Assembly (NCBI GenBank): GCA_041670625.1
Contig: JBAXYX010000001.1
Span: 1-56,425 of the forward strand
Direction of reading: 5' to 3'
Source of the DNA: Lentimicrobiaceae bacterium
Lineage (GTDB): Bacteria > Bacteroidota > Bacteroidia > Bacteroidales > Lentimicrobiaceae
Length of the DNA stretch: 56,425 nt
The translations under genes and the position numbers were made by a program. This document shows, in pieces, positions 20,403-30,166 of this stretch. The notes beneath the pieces are model-generated. The model did no database searches. It worked only from the letters and a program-made list of their open reading frames with translations, and had not been told where the DNA came from. How positions within the stretch are numbered: position 1 is the first letter of the stretch; each line of letters opens with the position of its first letter.

Positions 20403-22172
20403 TTATTGTTTTGAAAATGGGTTATATTCTTTACCGCCTCCTTCGAAACCGGCATTTTTATAAAACTCTACAAAGGTTAAACGCATCGGATGAACAAATG
20501 CCCCAAGTCCTGATATAGCAATGTTCGCAAAATGCCCGACAATCATAATAATCACAAACAAGATAGGACCAAGAACTGGAACGCTATGCAATATCGGCAA
20601 TGAAATACTATTGATTACAAATCCAAGAATACCTCCGGAAGCACCAAGTGCAAATAAACGAATATAAGATAATACGTCACCAAATATCCCTGTTATAGCA
20701 CCATATAAATTCCAGAGCCCAATACCAAACCTGACAAAGATATTTGCTTTAGGATCACTCATGAAAAGCATGAGAAAAAGTCCTGCATATATCAGATAAA
20801 CTGAATACCCGGCTCCTATTTTTAATAAGAATAAGTCAAGTGTTCCCAATACTGCCATTATAACACCAATAGTCGAAAGCGAATATATAAATCCAAATTG
20901 AGCCGCTCTTTGATAAGCCTGGATACACATTCCAAAAATTACCTGCACAAACCCAATCCCTAAAGCCAAATAAAACATGTTCATCTGACTTAGAACCATA
21001 AAATGCATAGGTTTTAAAAAATCTATATCACGCATACTGAACCCCAGGATAGTACCGGAAACAACTCCAAATATCATAGTCCCAATACCAAGAAATATTG
21101 CCAGGGTGAGATATGGTTTTAATGATTTGGAGACCCTATTCCTTAACAAGAATCCAGCCAGTACAAATATGACCCCATAGGCAAAATCGCCCATACAGAA
21201 TCCAAAAAACATCATAAAGAATGGAGCAAAAAATGGAGTTAAATCCATCTCTCCATACCTGGGCATTGAGAAAATACCGCCAATGGGCTCAAACAAACGA
21301 GCAAATTTCCCATTCTTCAGTAATATGGGAGGTTTGTCATCAGGTACTGATTTTTCTCTGTAATGAATTATATCAGATGCAGCCAGATAATTGTCCAATT
21401 CAGCATTATCCGTTACAGGAACGTACCCAGTCAGGATACATAATTTATTATCAGCCTCGTGTACTGTTTTAAGTAATACTTGCTGATACCCGACTTCGTG
21501 AAGTAACTTGTTCCTTGATTTATCCAAGGCAGAGATATGCTTTGCAGCATAATCATCCAGTTGCTTATTTGCATCTGAAATATCAATTTCTGTTTGGTTC
21601 AGAATAGTCTTTAACTGTGCTGGTGAGTATGCAGGAATTTTGATTTCATCAGCATCAATATCAACTTCTTCATCGTCTTTCTGAACCACTACAAAATAGA
21701 CCTGAGTCTGAAATCTGTTAACTACAACAACGTTTTCCTTTTCAGATAACTCATCAGGAAATGATCGCTCGGGGGTAATAAAGAACCGGATAGTGTAACC
21801 TTGATCATGCAGCTTGCTGATCAGCTCGGTTGAATAATCTCCCCATGGTGCTGCTAAAGCTATCTCTTTACGAAGTATGTTAGTTTGCTGTGATAGCTTT
21901 TCAATCTTAGCCTGAATTTCCTTGACTTCTGCAAATACTACAGCTCCGTCTTTAATTTCATTTGCTTCAATCGGTTCTATCTTCCGGTTTTTTAGTGATT
22001 TTATCAACTCACCCAAGTGTGCATCAATCAGCATCTTGTTACGAACAACATCATCGATATCATTCCTATTGATAGACACATCAACAACTCCCAATTTCTC
22101 AATAGATTTCAGGAATTCAGGGTACTCACGATGATACACCACAAACGAGTACTTATACATAGGTACTATCAT
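20403..22172 (-). CDS. ntpI: V/A-type ATPase subunit I
   Basis: GDVLSYIRLFALG, FVHPMRLTFVEF. Confidence 0.93.
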   Translation of the reverse strand: MIVPMYKYSFVVYHREYPEFLKSIEKLGVVDVSINRNDIDDVVRNKMLIDAHLGELIKSLKNRKIEPIEANEIKDGAVVFAEVKEIQAKIEKLSQQTNILRKEIALAAPWGDYSTELISKLHDQGYTIRFFITPERSFPDELSEKENVVVVNRFQTQVYFVVVQKDDEEVDIDADEIKIPAYSPAQLKTILNQTEIDISDANKQLDDYAAKHISALDKSRNKLLHEVGYQQVLLKTVHEADNKLCILTGYVPVTDNAELDNYLAASDIIHYREKSVPDDKPPILLKNGKFARLFEPIGGIFSMPRYGEMDLTPFFAPFFMMFFGFCMGDFAYGVIFVLAGFLLRNRVSKSLKPYLTLAIFLGIGTMIFGVVSGTILGFSMRDIDFLKPMHFMVLSQMNMFYLALGIGFVQVIFGMCIQAYQRAAQFGFIYSLSTIGVIMAVLGTLDLFLLKIGAGYSVYLIYAGLFLMLFMSDPKANIFVRFGIGLWNLYGAITGIFGDVLSYIRLFALGASGGILGFVINSISLPILHSVPVLGPILFVIIMIVGHFANIAISGLGAFVHPMRLTFVEFYKNAGFEGGGKEYNPFSKQ

Positions 22173-22768
22173 TGTGCCACCTCCATCATTTGACGCGTTT
22201 TTACTATTTTCTGAGCTGATTTTGAAAGATTTTCTTCATCTTCCATAAATCTCTTAATTTTTCTAATGGCCTCTTCGTAACCCGGAATCTGTACTTTTTC
22301 ATACAAGTTTACTTTCTGGGTAGTTTTGCGTCGTGCGTGATCAAGTAATTGCATGGTTCTATGATGAAATTCACGTTCGATGCCCACCTTTGCCAAATTC
22401 TTAACGATCATAATTCCTTCAGCAAACCAAGATGGTTGATTGAAAAGACTATATTCACTTATGGTGAACTTTACATCATCAAGTACCGGAATTCTAACGC
22501 CTGCAATCTTCTTAATAGAAAGATCAACATCCTCTACCTTTACCAAGTTTTTATCAAACTCACTCCATAAACGCGACATCCCTGCATAAACATTAACACT
22601 TTTCTCCATGTCATGCCCAAGCTTTAATGCAGCATCCTTAGCTTTTTTGACTTCCATCCTCAGGGCAGATTCTTTATTCTTAATGGTCGGCAACGCACGC
22701 ACACGCACCTTCAATTGCTTATTAAGGTCTTGAAGTGATGTTTTATTATATTGGAATTTTATTGCCAT
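22169..22768 (-). CDS. ntpD: V/A-type ATPase subunit D
   Basis: RKTTQKVNLYEKVQIP. Confidence 0.93.
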   Translation of the reverse strand: MAIKFQYNKTSLQDLNKQLKVRVRALPTIKNKESALRMEVKKAKDAALKLGHDMEKSVNVYAGMSRLWSEFDKNLVKVEDVDLSIKKIAGVRIPVLDDVKFTISEYSLFNQPSWFAEGIMIVKNLAKVGIEREFHHRTMQLLDHARRKTTQKVNLYEKVQIPGYEEAIRKIKRFMEDEENLSKSAQKIVKTRQMMEVAQ

Positions 22769-22807
22769 TTCATTACTATTAAAACTTCAAAAATAAAGAC
22801 ATTAAGT

Positions 22808-24136
22808 TTATTTTACCTCTTTAGGCCAGTATAAATCAACAAATTCTTGTTTAATACCGACTTCAGCCTTGGTAAAGAATTTACTTAATAATTTCCAAGC
22901 TGTATCAAGCATCTGAGTTGTATCAATATTTACGTCAATTGCCAACAGGCTGTTTGAATACTCACGAGCAAACTTCATGGTTCTTTCATCATAATCAGTC
23001 AGATCAAAACCATTCTCAAGTTTTGTCTTTGCATTAGCAGCATCAGCATATAAACGGACTGATGCATTCATAACCTGTGGATGATCAGCACGGGTTTGCT
23101 TACCAATAACCAACTGTTTTAATCGTGAAAGCGATCTAAAAGGATCAATAATAACCTTGCCGATATCAGAATCCTTACGAAGGAAAAGCTGACCTTCAGT
23201 AATATATCCAGTATTATCAGGTATTGAGTGGGTAATATCACCACCCGAAAGTGTGGTAACCGCAATAATAGTGATGGAACCTCCTTCAGGGAACTGGACT
23301 GCTTTTTCATAGATCTTGGCCAGGTCACTGTATAATGATCCCGGCATACTATCCTTTGAAGGGATTTGGTCCATACGGTTGGATACTATACTAAGCGCAT
23401 CAGCATACAACGTCATATCTGTTAAAAGTACTAATACTGTTTCCTTTTTATCGTATGCAAAATACTCAGCAGCAGTCAGAGCCATATCAGGTACCAGCAA
23501 TCTCTCAACAGGAGGATTCTCAGTAGTGTTTACAAAACTGATTATCCTGTCTAGTGCTCCTGCATTATCAAATACATTTTTAAAGTAGAGGTAATCATCA
23601 TTGGTTAGCCCCATACCACCCAGAATAATCTTATCAGCCTTAGCACGAAGGGCAACCATAGCCATTACCTGATTGTAAGGTTGATCCGGATCAGCAAAAA
23701 AAGGTATCTTTTGACCGGTTACCAGAGTGTTATTGAGGTCAATACCAGCAATACCAGTCGGAATAAGTTCTGAGGGTTGCAAACGACGAACAGGGTTTAC
23801 TGATGGTCCGCCAATTTCACGTTCTTCACCTTCCGGCTCAGGTCCTCCGTCAATAGGTTTTCCGTATGCATCAAAAAATCGCCCTGCAAGGTCATCACCT
23901 ACCTTAAGCATAGGTGGCCTACCCATAAAAGTAACCTCAGCATTGGTTGGAATTCCTTCCGTCCCTGAGAATACCTGAAGTGTAACGTTATCACCATTAA
24001 TTTTAACTACTTGTGCTAAGCGTCCGTTTACTTCAGCCATTTCGTCGTAACCAATTCCTGTTGCTTTTAAAGAACAGGTTGCTTTGGTAATTTGGTTAAT
24101 CTTAGTGTATATCTTTTTAAATGTTATAGTTTCCAT
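22808..24136 (-). CDS. ntpB: V/A-type ATPase subunit B
   Basis: LLTDMTLYADAL, DITHSIPDNTGYITEGQ, SLSRL. Confidence 0.95.
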   Translation of the reverse strand: METITFKKIYTKINQITKATCSLKATGIGYDEMAEVNGRLAQVVKINGDNVTLQVFSGTEGIPTNAEVTFMGRPPMLKVGDDLAGRFFDAYGKPIDGGPEPEGEEREIGGPSVNPVRRLQPSELIPTGIAGIDLNNTLVTGQKIPFFADPDQPYNQVMAMVALRAKADKIILGGMGLTNDDYLYFKNVFDNAGALDRIISFVNTTENPPVERLLVPDMALTAAEYFAYDKKETVLVLLTDMTLYADALSIVSNRMDQIPSKDSMPGSLYSDLAKIYEKAVQFPEGGSITIIAVTTLSGGDITHSIPDNTGYITEGQLFLRKDSDIGKVIIDPFRSLSRLKQLVIGKQTRADHPQVMNASVRLYADAANAKTKLENGFDLTDYDERTMKFAREYSNSLLAIDVNIDTTQMLDTAWKLLSKFFTKAEVGIKQEFVDLYWPKEVK

Positions 24137-25908
24137 CAGGCTGCTTTCCTTTCGTTTATGATGGCAGTTAACTCATTTTCAAACTTATTGAATGCTTCCG
24201 ACCTGAATTCAGAATAGTTCATCTGTTTGAGAGTGTTTATCAACCGTTTAAAATAAGGGTTAACTTCTTCAAATGATTCAAAATTTAAACTGTCGTTGCA
24301 AATGCCAAGTACCATCTTCAACATATATTGTTGGCGTTCCATCGGAGTTGAACTATCAATTTTGTCAAATGCATCCTGTTGAAGGATCACAAAATCGATA
24401 ATTTCAGACCTCCAGTAACGTAGATGATAATCAATAGGCACTCCATCATCTCCTAGAATATTAATCTGTTCATTTGCTTCCTTACCGCGAAGCAATAAAT
24501 TACGGGCTTCTTCAACATTGTCCATCCATTGTTCTGAAACATGACTTGCTAAATATTCCTGTACTTCAGAGTATTCGAGGTACTTTGAATAACTGTCAAT
24601 CGGATCGACTGCTGGATAACGTTTACTATCAGCACGCTGTTGCGAAAGTGCATAGAAACACCGAGCTGCCTTTTTGGTTGATTCAGTTACAGGTTCCTTC
24701 AAGTTTCCTCCAGCAGGTGATACAGTTCCAATGAAGGTGATGGAGCCGGTTGCTCCGTTATTAAGTTTCACATACCCTGCCCGAGCATAGAAGTTTGAAA
24801 TAATAGCCGGCAGGTCCATTGGGAAAGCATCAGGACCTGGAAGCTCTTCCATACGGTTTGACATTTCACGCAAAGCCTGTGCCCATCTAGAGGTAGAGTC
24901 AGCCAGCAGAAGTACTTTTAAACCCATAGAACGATAATACTCACCAATGGTCATGGCAGTATATACGGATGCTTCACGAGCTGCAACAGGCATATTAGAA
25001 GTGTTGGCAATAATAGTCGTCCGTTCCATTAGGTTCCTTCCGGTACGTGGGTCTTCAAGATGCGGGAATTCATAGAAGATTTCCACTACTTCATTAGCTC
25101 GTTCACCACATGCAGCCATAATAATAAGATCGGCATCAGCCTGTTTTGACAATGCATGCTGAAGTACCGTTTTCCCTGACCCGAAAGGTCCAGGAATAAA
25201 CCCAGTACCCCCTTCAACAATAGGATTAAGTGTATCGATTGTACGGATACCTGTTTCCATCAACCTGAAAGGTCGGGGTTTCTCAGCATATGCTTTTATG
25301 GCAACTTTTACCGGGTATTTCTGAACCATGGTTACCTGAAATTCACGACCATTATCATTTACAACAACAGCTATCGTTTCCGAAGCCGCAAAATTACCTG
25401 CTTCTGCTAACCATTTAACTTTATATCTCCCTTCAAATTTGAAAGGAACCATTATCTTATGGTTTATCCAGTTCTCCTTAACTTCACCAAGCCAGGCACC
25501 TGCATAAACCTCATCCCCTATTTTAGCAAGTGGCTTGAAGTCCCATTGCTGATCCTGGTTGATTGCCTCAGTATATTCCCCACGATGAAGGAATGTTCCT
25601 TCCATTTTATTAAGGTCGTGTTGTAAACCATCATAGTTTTTGGATAAAATCCCTGGTCCGAGTGTCACCTCTAGCATATGTCCGGTAAATTCCACTTCAT
25701 CACCTACCCTTAAACCACGAGTACTCTCAAATACTTGCACATAGGCTGTTTCACCTACTATTTTAATCACTTCTGCCATCAAGTGAACACCTGATAGATT
25801 AATGTAGCAAATTTCATTTTGTGAAACAGGACCATCAACTTTCACCATCACAAGGTTGGCAATGATACCACTTACTACACCATTAGTCTGTTTATTTTTT
25901 TCCATCAT
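24136..25908 (-). CDS. ntpA: V/A-type ATPase catalytic subunit A (start approximate)
   Basis: GPFGSGKT P-loop, CGERANE, ANTSNMPVAAREAS, DSTSRWAQALRE. Confidence 0.95.
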   Translation of the reverse strand: MMEKNKQTNGVVSGIIANLVMVKVDGPVSQNEICYINLSGVHLMAEVIKIVGETAYVQVFESTRGLRVGDEVEFTGHMLEVTLGPGILSKNYDGLQHDLNKMEGTFLHRGEYTEAINQDQQWDFKPLAKIGDEVYAGAWLGEVKENWINHKIMVPFKFEGRYKVKWLAEAGNFAASETIAVVVNDNGREFQVTMVQKYPVKVAIKAYAEKPRPFRLMETGIRTIDTLNPIVEGGTGFIPGPFGSGKTVLQHALSKQADADLIIMAACGERANEVVEIFYEFPHLEDPRTGRNLMERTTIIANTSNMPVAAREASVYTAMTIGEYYRSMGLKVLLLADSTSRWAQALREMSNRMEELPGPDAFPMDLPAIISNFYARAGYVKLNNGATGSITFIGTVSPAGGNLKEPVTESTKKAARCFYALSQQRADSKRYPAVDPIDSYSKYLEYSEVQEYLASHVSEQWMDNVEEARNLLLRGKEANEQINILGDDGVPIDYHLRYWRSEIIDFVILQQDAFDKIDSSTPMERQQYMLKMVLGICNDSLNFESFEEVNPYFKRLINTLKQMNYSEFRSEAFNKFENELTAIINERKAA

Positions 25909-26737
25909 TGACATTGAATTCTTTAGGAAATTCATAACTTGATTGTAAATCACCCAATAAACGTCTGAATAACTTCTCTCCTTCTTTAGGATCGAGTTTT
26001 AGCCATCGTTCTATAATGGTAAGCTTAATAATGTAACTAACAATTATTTCGATAGAGAAATAATTAAAAGTATTCATTTCATTCAGGTAATTCCATTTCA
26101 ACTGGTCTATTGCTTTCTCGCGGACAGCAATATCCCCACTTTCAAGCGCTTGGTTTACTTTTTCATAATAAAGCCATTCTGCGGCTTCCCCAATATCACG
26201 CCCTACCTTCTGTTTAAGTGTCGAAGCTATTTTGTTGTTACCAATCAGATCCTGATCACAGGAAAGATTGTACTTCTGTGCCGAAGAGAAAAGAATTAAA
26301 TTCCTTAAATTAAGATCAAACTCAAACCATGCACGCAGGAAGTCATTTTTAACTTTAAGCACCTCATTAAAATAAATCGTTGTAAGTTCATTTTCAGGTG
26401 TCTTTTCTGGCATTAACCTGATTTCAGACTTAAAACTGGCAATAAATTTAACCATGTAAGGTTTTATTTGATAAGGCTCTTCAGTAAAGGCCATTTCCAT
26501 TTCTTCACGAGTGTAGATTCCGGCTTCATCCCAAACAAAATCTTCCTTGTTGAGCAACTTTAGCAGATTCTGATTATCATGAGGAAGAAACAGCCATTCA
26601 ATCAATTCATAATCTTTGCGATGTAGCTGCGTTTTCAGATACTTCCTGAATTCAACACTACCAAATTGGAGTTTTCCCTGATCAATAGTAAGATCAGGTA
26701 GCCCGGCAATTAAATAATAATAATTTCGACTCGCCAT
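25892..26737 (-). CDS. DUF2764 family protein (V-ATPase subunit C-like)
   Basis: YYYLIAGLPDL N-terminus; lies between subunits E and A. Confidence 0.85.
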   Translation of the reverse strand: MASRNYYYLIAGLPDLTIDQGKLQFGSVEFRKYLKTQLHRKDYELIEWLFLPHDNQNLLKLLNKEDFVWDEAGIYTREEMEMAFTEEPYQIKPYMVKFIASFKSEIRLMPEKTPENELTTIYFNEVLKVKNDFLRAWFEFDLNLRNLILFSSAQKYNLSCDQDLIGNNKIASTLKQKVGRDIGEAAEWLYYEKVNQALESGDIAVREKAIDQLKWNYLNEMNTFNYFSIEIIVSYIIKLTIIERWLKLDPKEGEKLFRRLLGDLQSSYEFPKEFNVNDGKK

Positions 26738-27336
26738 TACTCTTCCCCGAATAGAAGTTGAATTGTCTTAGAACGCATAAAGCCTTTGAAATAGTTTGCG
26801 AAGTCCTCATCAGTAAAGCTTATGATGTAATTAGCATCTTTTGGACTAATCTTGAAGCCAACCTTAATATTTTCATCAAAACTAATCTGCAAACTTTTCA
26901 TTAACTCTTTGGAAGTGTTATCATTAAAGTATGCAGTGAGCTTATCTTGATCAGCTTCAGGCAAAACCAGTTTAGCATTGTTATTAAATGAACTGGCCAC
27001 TTTTTGTATAAGTGAACCTACAAATGCCTTGTCATCAAATGCATCTTTAACAGGTTTATCGATAGCTTTAACAGAAATCATGTTGATAATTTGCTGCTTT
27101 AATTTGCTGATAGCCTGTTTAGAGGCAATCCTTATCTCTGATTCACCATTGCGTTTAATTTCATTAGCATTAGCTTGCGCTTTGCTGATAATTTCCGATG
27201 CCTCATTCTTTGCAGCTTTGGTAATTTCATCTGCTTTTTTCTGAGCACCTTCTATTATGCGGATAGCATCTTGATTAGCTTTCTCTATCCCTTCAGAGTA
27301 AATCTTTTGCGTTAGTTCCTGAAGCTTATTTTCCAT
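26737..27336 (-). CDS. ntpE: V/A-type ATPase subunit E
   Basis: MENKLQELTQKIYSEG, helical N-terminal half; first gene of the operon. Confidence 0.88.
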   Translation of the reverse strand: MENKLQELTQKIYSEGIEKANQDAIRIIEGAQKKADEITKAAKNEASEIISKAQANANEIKRNGESEIRIASKQAISKLKQQIINMISVKAIDKPVKDAFDDKAFVGSLIQKVASSFNNNAKLVLPEADQDKLTAYFNDNTSKELMKSLQISFDENIKVGFKISPKDANYIISFTDEDFANYFKGFMRSKTIQLLFGEE

Positions 27337-27366
27337 AGTCTAAACCTTTTCAGTTATATGAAGGGA

Positions 27367-27374
27367 CAAAATTA
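27367..27374 (-). promoter_or_regulatory. -7 element TAATTTTG for the V-ATPase operon
   Basis: TAnnTTTG match 30 nt upstream of the ATG at 27336. Confidence 0.5.
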
Positions 27375-27618
27375 AGATAAATTCTCAACCTCCAAAAATA
27401 TTTGTGAAACTATTAACAATTAACTTACGCTATAAAATATCTTCTGACCCATATACAAACCTGACCGATGCCCTGATCGCCATTCTGCCTTTAATTTTTT
27501 TTCAAGCCATTTGTCTGTAATAAATAAAACTTATCTCTGATTTTAGCATAAGCAAATTAAAACAGAATAACGAAAATGTCCCTTACAATGAACTGATGGA
27601 TAATTAACAATTAACCCG

Positions 27619-27626
27619 TAACTTTG
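27619..27626 (+). promoter_or_regulatory. -7 element TAACTTTG for the znu operon
   Basis: TAnnTTTG match upstream of 27655. Confidence 0.55.
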
Positions 27627-27654
27627 CAAATTATTCTTTAGATGTTAAATACTT

Positions 27655-28566
27655 ATGCGTTGGTTTAATATATTTATAAGCTTAACTGGCTTGGTTACCA
27701 TAATGGGTTGTTCCGGGTGTAGAAATAAGTCAATAGAAACATCGGTTAAAACTATTACTGTCAGTATTCTTCCTCAAAAATATATGGTTCAAAAAATTGC
27801 GGGAGACAAATTTAAAATCAATGTGCTGGTTCCCCAGGGCAGTGGACCCGAAACCTATGAACCGACTGCTATGCAAATGCAGAGTTTAAGTAAATCAACC
27901 CTGTATTTTACTATCGGGTTACTTGATTTTGAAAAAGGCTGGCATAACAGGATTAGTGAATTAAATCCTGATCTGACTATTGTAAATACCTCTGATGGTA
28001 TTGAATTACTTAAAGGACATAGTGATAAAGGAAAGAATGGTCACAGTAATGGCGAACACGATGGTCATCATCATGAGGGTATTGACCCACACACATGGCT
28101 GTCATTAAAAGCAGTTAAAATACAAAGTCTGACGATCAGGGATCACCTGATTAGCATTGATCCCGCGAATAAAGACTTCTATACAAATAATCAGTACCAT
28201 TTCAGTCGACAACTTGATTCAATTGATGCCTTGATCATCAACAAGTTGAAAACTGTTCACTCACCGGCATTTATGATTTATCATCCATCATTAAGTTATT
28301 TTTCGCGTGATTATGGAATTGAGCAAATACCCATCGAATTAGAAGGCAAAGAACCCAGTCCAACCTATATGTGTGAACTGATAGATATTGCAAAGCAAAA
28401 GAAAATAAACACTATTTTCTACTCTCAGCAGTTTGATAAACGAAGTGCTGAAATTATTGCAACTCAGCTAAAAATAACACTTTCTGGTTTTGATCCTTTA
28501 GCTGAGAATATTGAAAAAAACCTGTTAACAATAACAAATCAGATTTTTAACTCCACAACTAAATAG
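27655..28566 (+). CDS. znuA: Zn/Mn ABC transporter substrate-binding lipoprotein
   Basis: PETYEPT, His-rich loop, DPHTWLS, YHPSLSYF, EGKEPS. Confidence 0.88.
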   Translation: MRWFNIFISLTGLVTIMGCSGCRNKSIETSVKTITVSILPQKYMVQKIAGDKFKINVLVPQGSGPETYEPTAMQMQSLSKSTLYFTIGLLDFEKGWHNRISELNPDLTIVNTSDGIELLKGHSDKGKNGHSNGEHDGHHHEGIDPHTWLSLKAVKIQSLTIRDHLISIDPANKDFYTNNQYHFSRQLDSIDALIINKLKTVHSPAFMIYHPSLSYFSRDYGIEQIPIELEGKEPSPTYMCELIDIAKQKKINTIFYSQQFDKRSAEIIATQLKITLSGFDPLAENIEKNLLTITNQIFNSTTK

Positions 28567-28572
28567 CAGGCA

Positions 28573-29331
28573 ATGCCTATTGTTGAACTAAAAGAGGTAA
28601 GTGCTGGATACCTGGATGACATCATTCTGAAAGAAATAAGCCTGGTGGTTAATCCTCTTGATTTCATTGGTGTGATTGGCCCGAATGGAGGAGGTAAAAC
28701 AACGTTGGTAAGAGTGATTTTAGGGCTTATAAAACCATTTAGAGGCGAAGTAATCTGGTATCAGCAAACAGACAAGCCACTGCTTGGTTACCTACCACAA
28801 TCAAATCAGAATGATCGTCAGTTTCCAATCACTGTAAAAGAAGTGATTCTTTCCGGATTAATGTCAGTTAAGCATTTCACAGGGAAGTATACTAAAAAGG
28901 ATGTTCAAAAAGCGATTGAAGTACTCGAATTAATGGGAATTCCTCAACTGGCAAATCGGAATATCGGGGGACTTTCCGGAGGTCAAATGCAAAGAGTATT
29001 GCTTGGCAGAGCAATAATTTCAGATCCACAATTATTAATACTTGATGAACCCAATACCTTTGTTGATAATAGTTTTGAACATGATCTGTATGAATTACTT
29101 AAAGAATTAAATAAGAAGCTAGCTATTATTATGGTGACGCATGATATTGGCACTATAACCAGCTATGTCAAAACTATTGCCTGTGTAAATCGAAATTTGC
29201 ATTATCACCAATCCAACATTATCACCCAAGACCAATTGGAATCATATAATTGTCCGATTCAGTTGATTACACATGGTCAGGTTCCACACACAGTATTAGG
29301 TGATCATGAACATACTCATAACCATGATTGA
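28573..29331 (+). CDS. znuC: Zn/Mn ABC transporter ATP-binding protein
   Basis: GPNGGGKTT, LSGGQ, ILDEP, His-rich tail. Confidence 0.9.
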   Translation: MPIVELKEVSAGYLDDIILKEISLVVNPLDFIGVIGPNGGGKTTLVRVILGLIKPFRGEVIWYQQTDKPLLGYLPQSNQNDRQFPITVKEVILSGLMSVKHFTGKYTKKDVQKAIEVLELMGIPQLANRNIGGLSGGQMQRVLLGRAIISDPQLLILDEPNTFVDNSFEHDLYELLKELNKKLAIIMVTHDIGTITSYVKTIACVNRNLHYHQSNIITQDQLESYNCPIQLITHGQVPHTVLGDHEHTHNHD

Positions 29332-30166
29332 AAATATTTTATCACTGTTTAAATACAGATTCTTCGATAACGCTCTATTAGCAGCATTGCTGGCAAGTAT
29401 TATATGTGGTATTATCGGTTCATATATCGTAGCCAAACGAATGGTATTTATAAGCGGTGGTATTACACACGCTTCATTCGGTGGTATCGGAATTGCTTAT
29501 TTCATGGGATTAAATCCTGTTCTAGGTGCTGCAGTATTCAGTGTAATGGCAGCAATAGGAATAGAATGGGTGTCCACTAAATCAAACATTCGAGAAGACT
29601 CTGCAATTGGCATCTTGTGGTCATTTGGGATGGCAGTGGGTATTATCTTTATTTTTATTACACCTGGTTATGCTCCTAACTTGATGTCATACCTGTTTGG
29701 CAGTATCTTAACGGTAAGTAGTCTTGATTTATGGATGCTGGGAGGGCTCGCTTTAGTATTAATTATTGTTTTTACATTATTCTATCATCTTATCCTTTTT
29801 ATAGCATACGATGAAGAATATGCACGATCACACAAAGCACCAGTTAACCTGATAAAGTACCTGATAATTAGTTTAGTTGCATTAACGATTGTATTAAACA
29901 TCAGGTTAGTGGGAATTATCCTGGTGATTTCATTCCTTACTATTCCCCAGTCAACTGCAAATATCTTCACCCAGCGATTTAACTATATCATTTGCCTTTC
30001 CATCCTTTTCGGAATTATCGGATCGTTTGGTGGTTTATTGATTTCTTATTATTTCAATATTCCTTCAGGGGCTACTATTATTTTCTCTTTCGTAATTCTG
30101 TTTATTTTGGCTAAAATGATTAAGATAGCCCAGGTAAAGATTAGAATAAATAAACAGTTTAATTAA
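29324..30166 (+). CDS. znuB: Zn/Mn ABC transporter permease
   Basis: GGITHASFGG, SYLFGSIL (ABC-3 family motifs). Confidence 0.9.
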   Translation: MIENILSLFKYRFFDNALLAALLASIICGIIGSYIVAKRMVFISGGITHASFGGIGIAYFMGLNPVLGAAVFSVMAAIGIEWVSTKSNIREDSAIGILWSFGMAVGIIFIFITPGYAPNLMSYLFGSILTVSSLDLWMLGGLALVLIIVFTLFYHLILFIAYDEEYARSHKAPVNLIKYLIISLVALTIVLNIRLVGIILVISFLTIPQSTANIFTQRFNYIICLSILFGIIGSFGGLLISYYFNIPSGATIIFSFVILFILAKMIKIAQVKIRINKQFN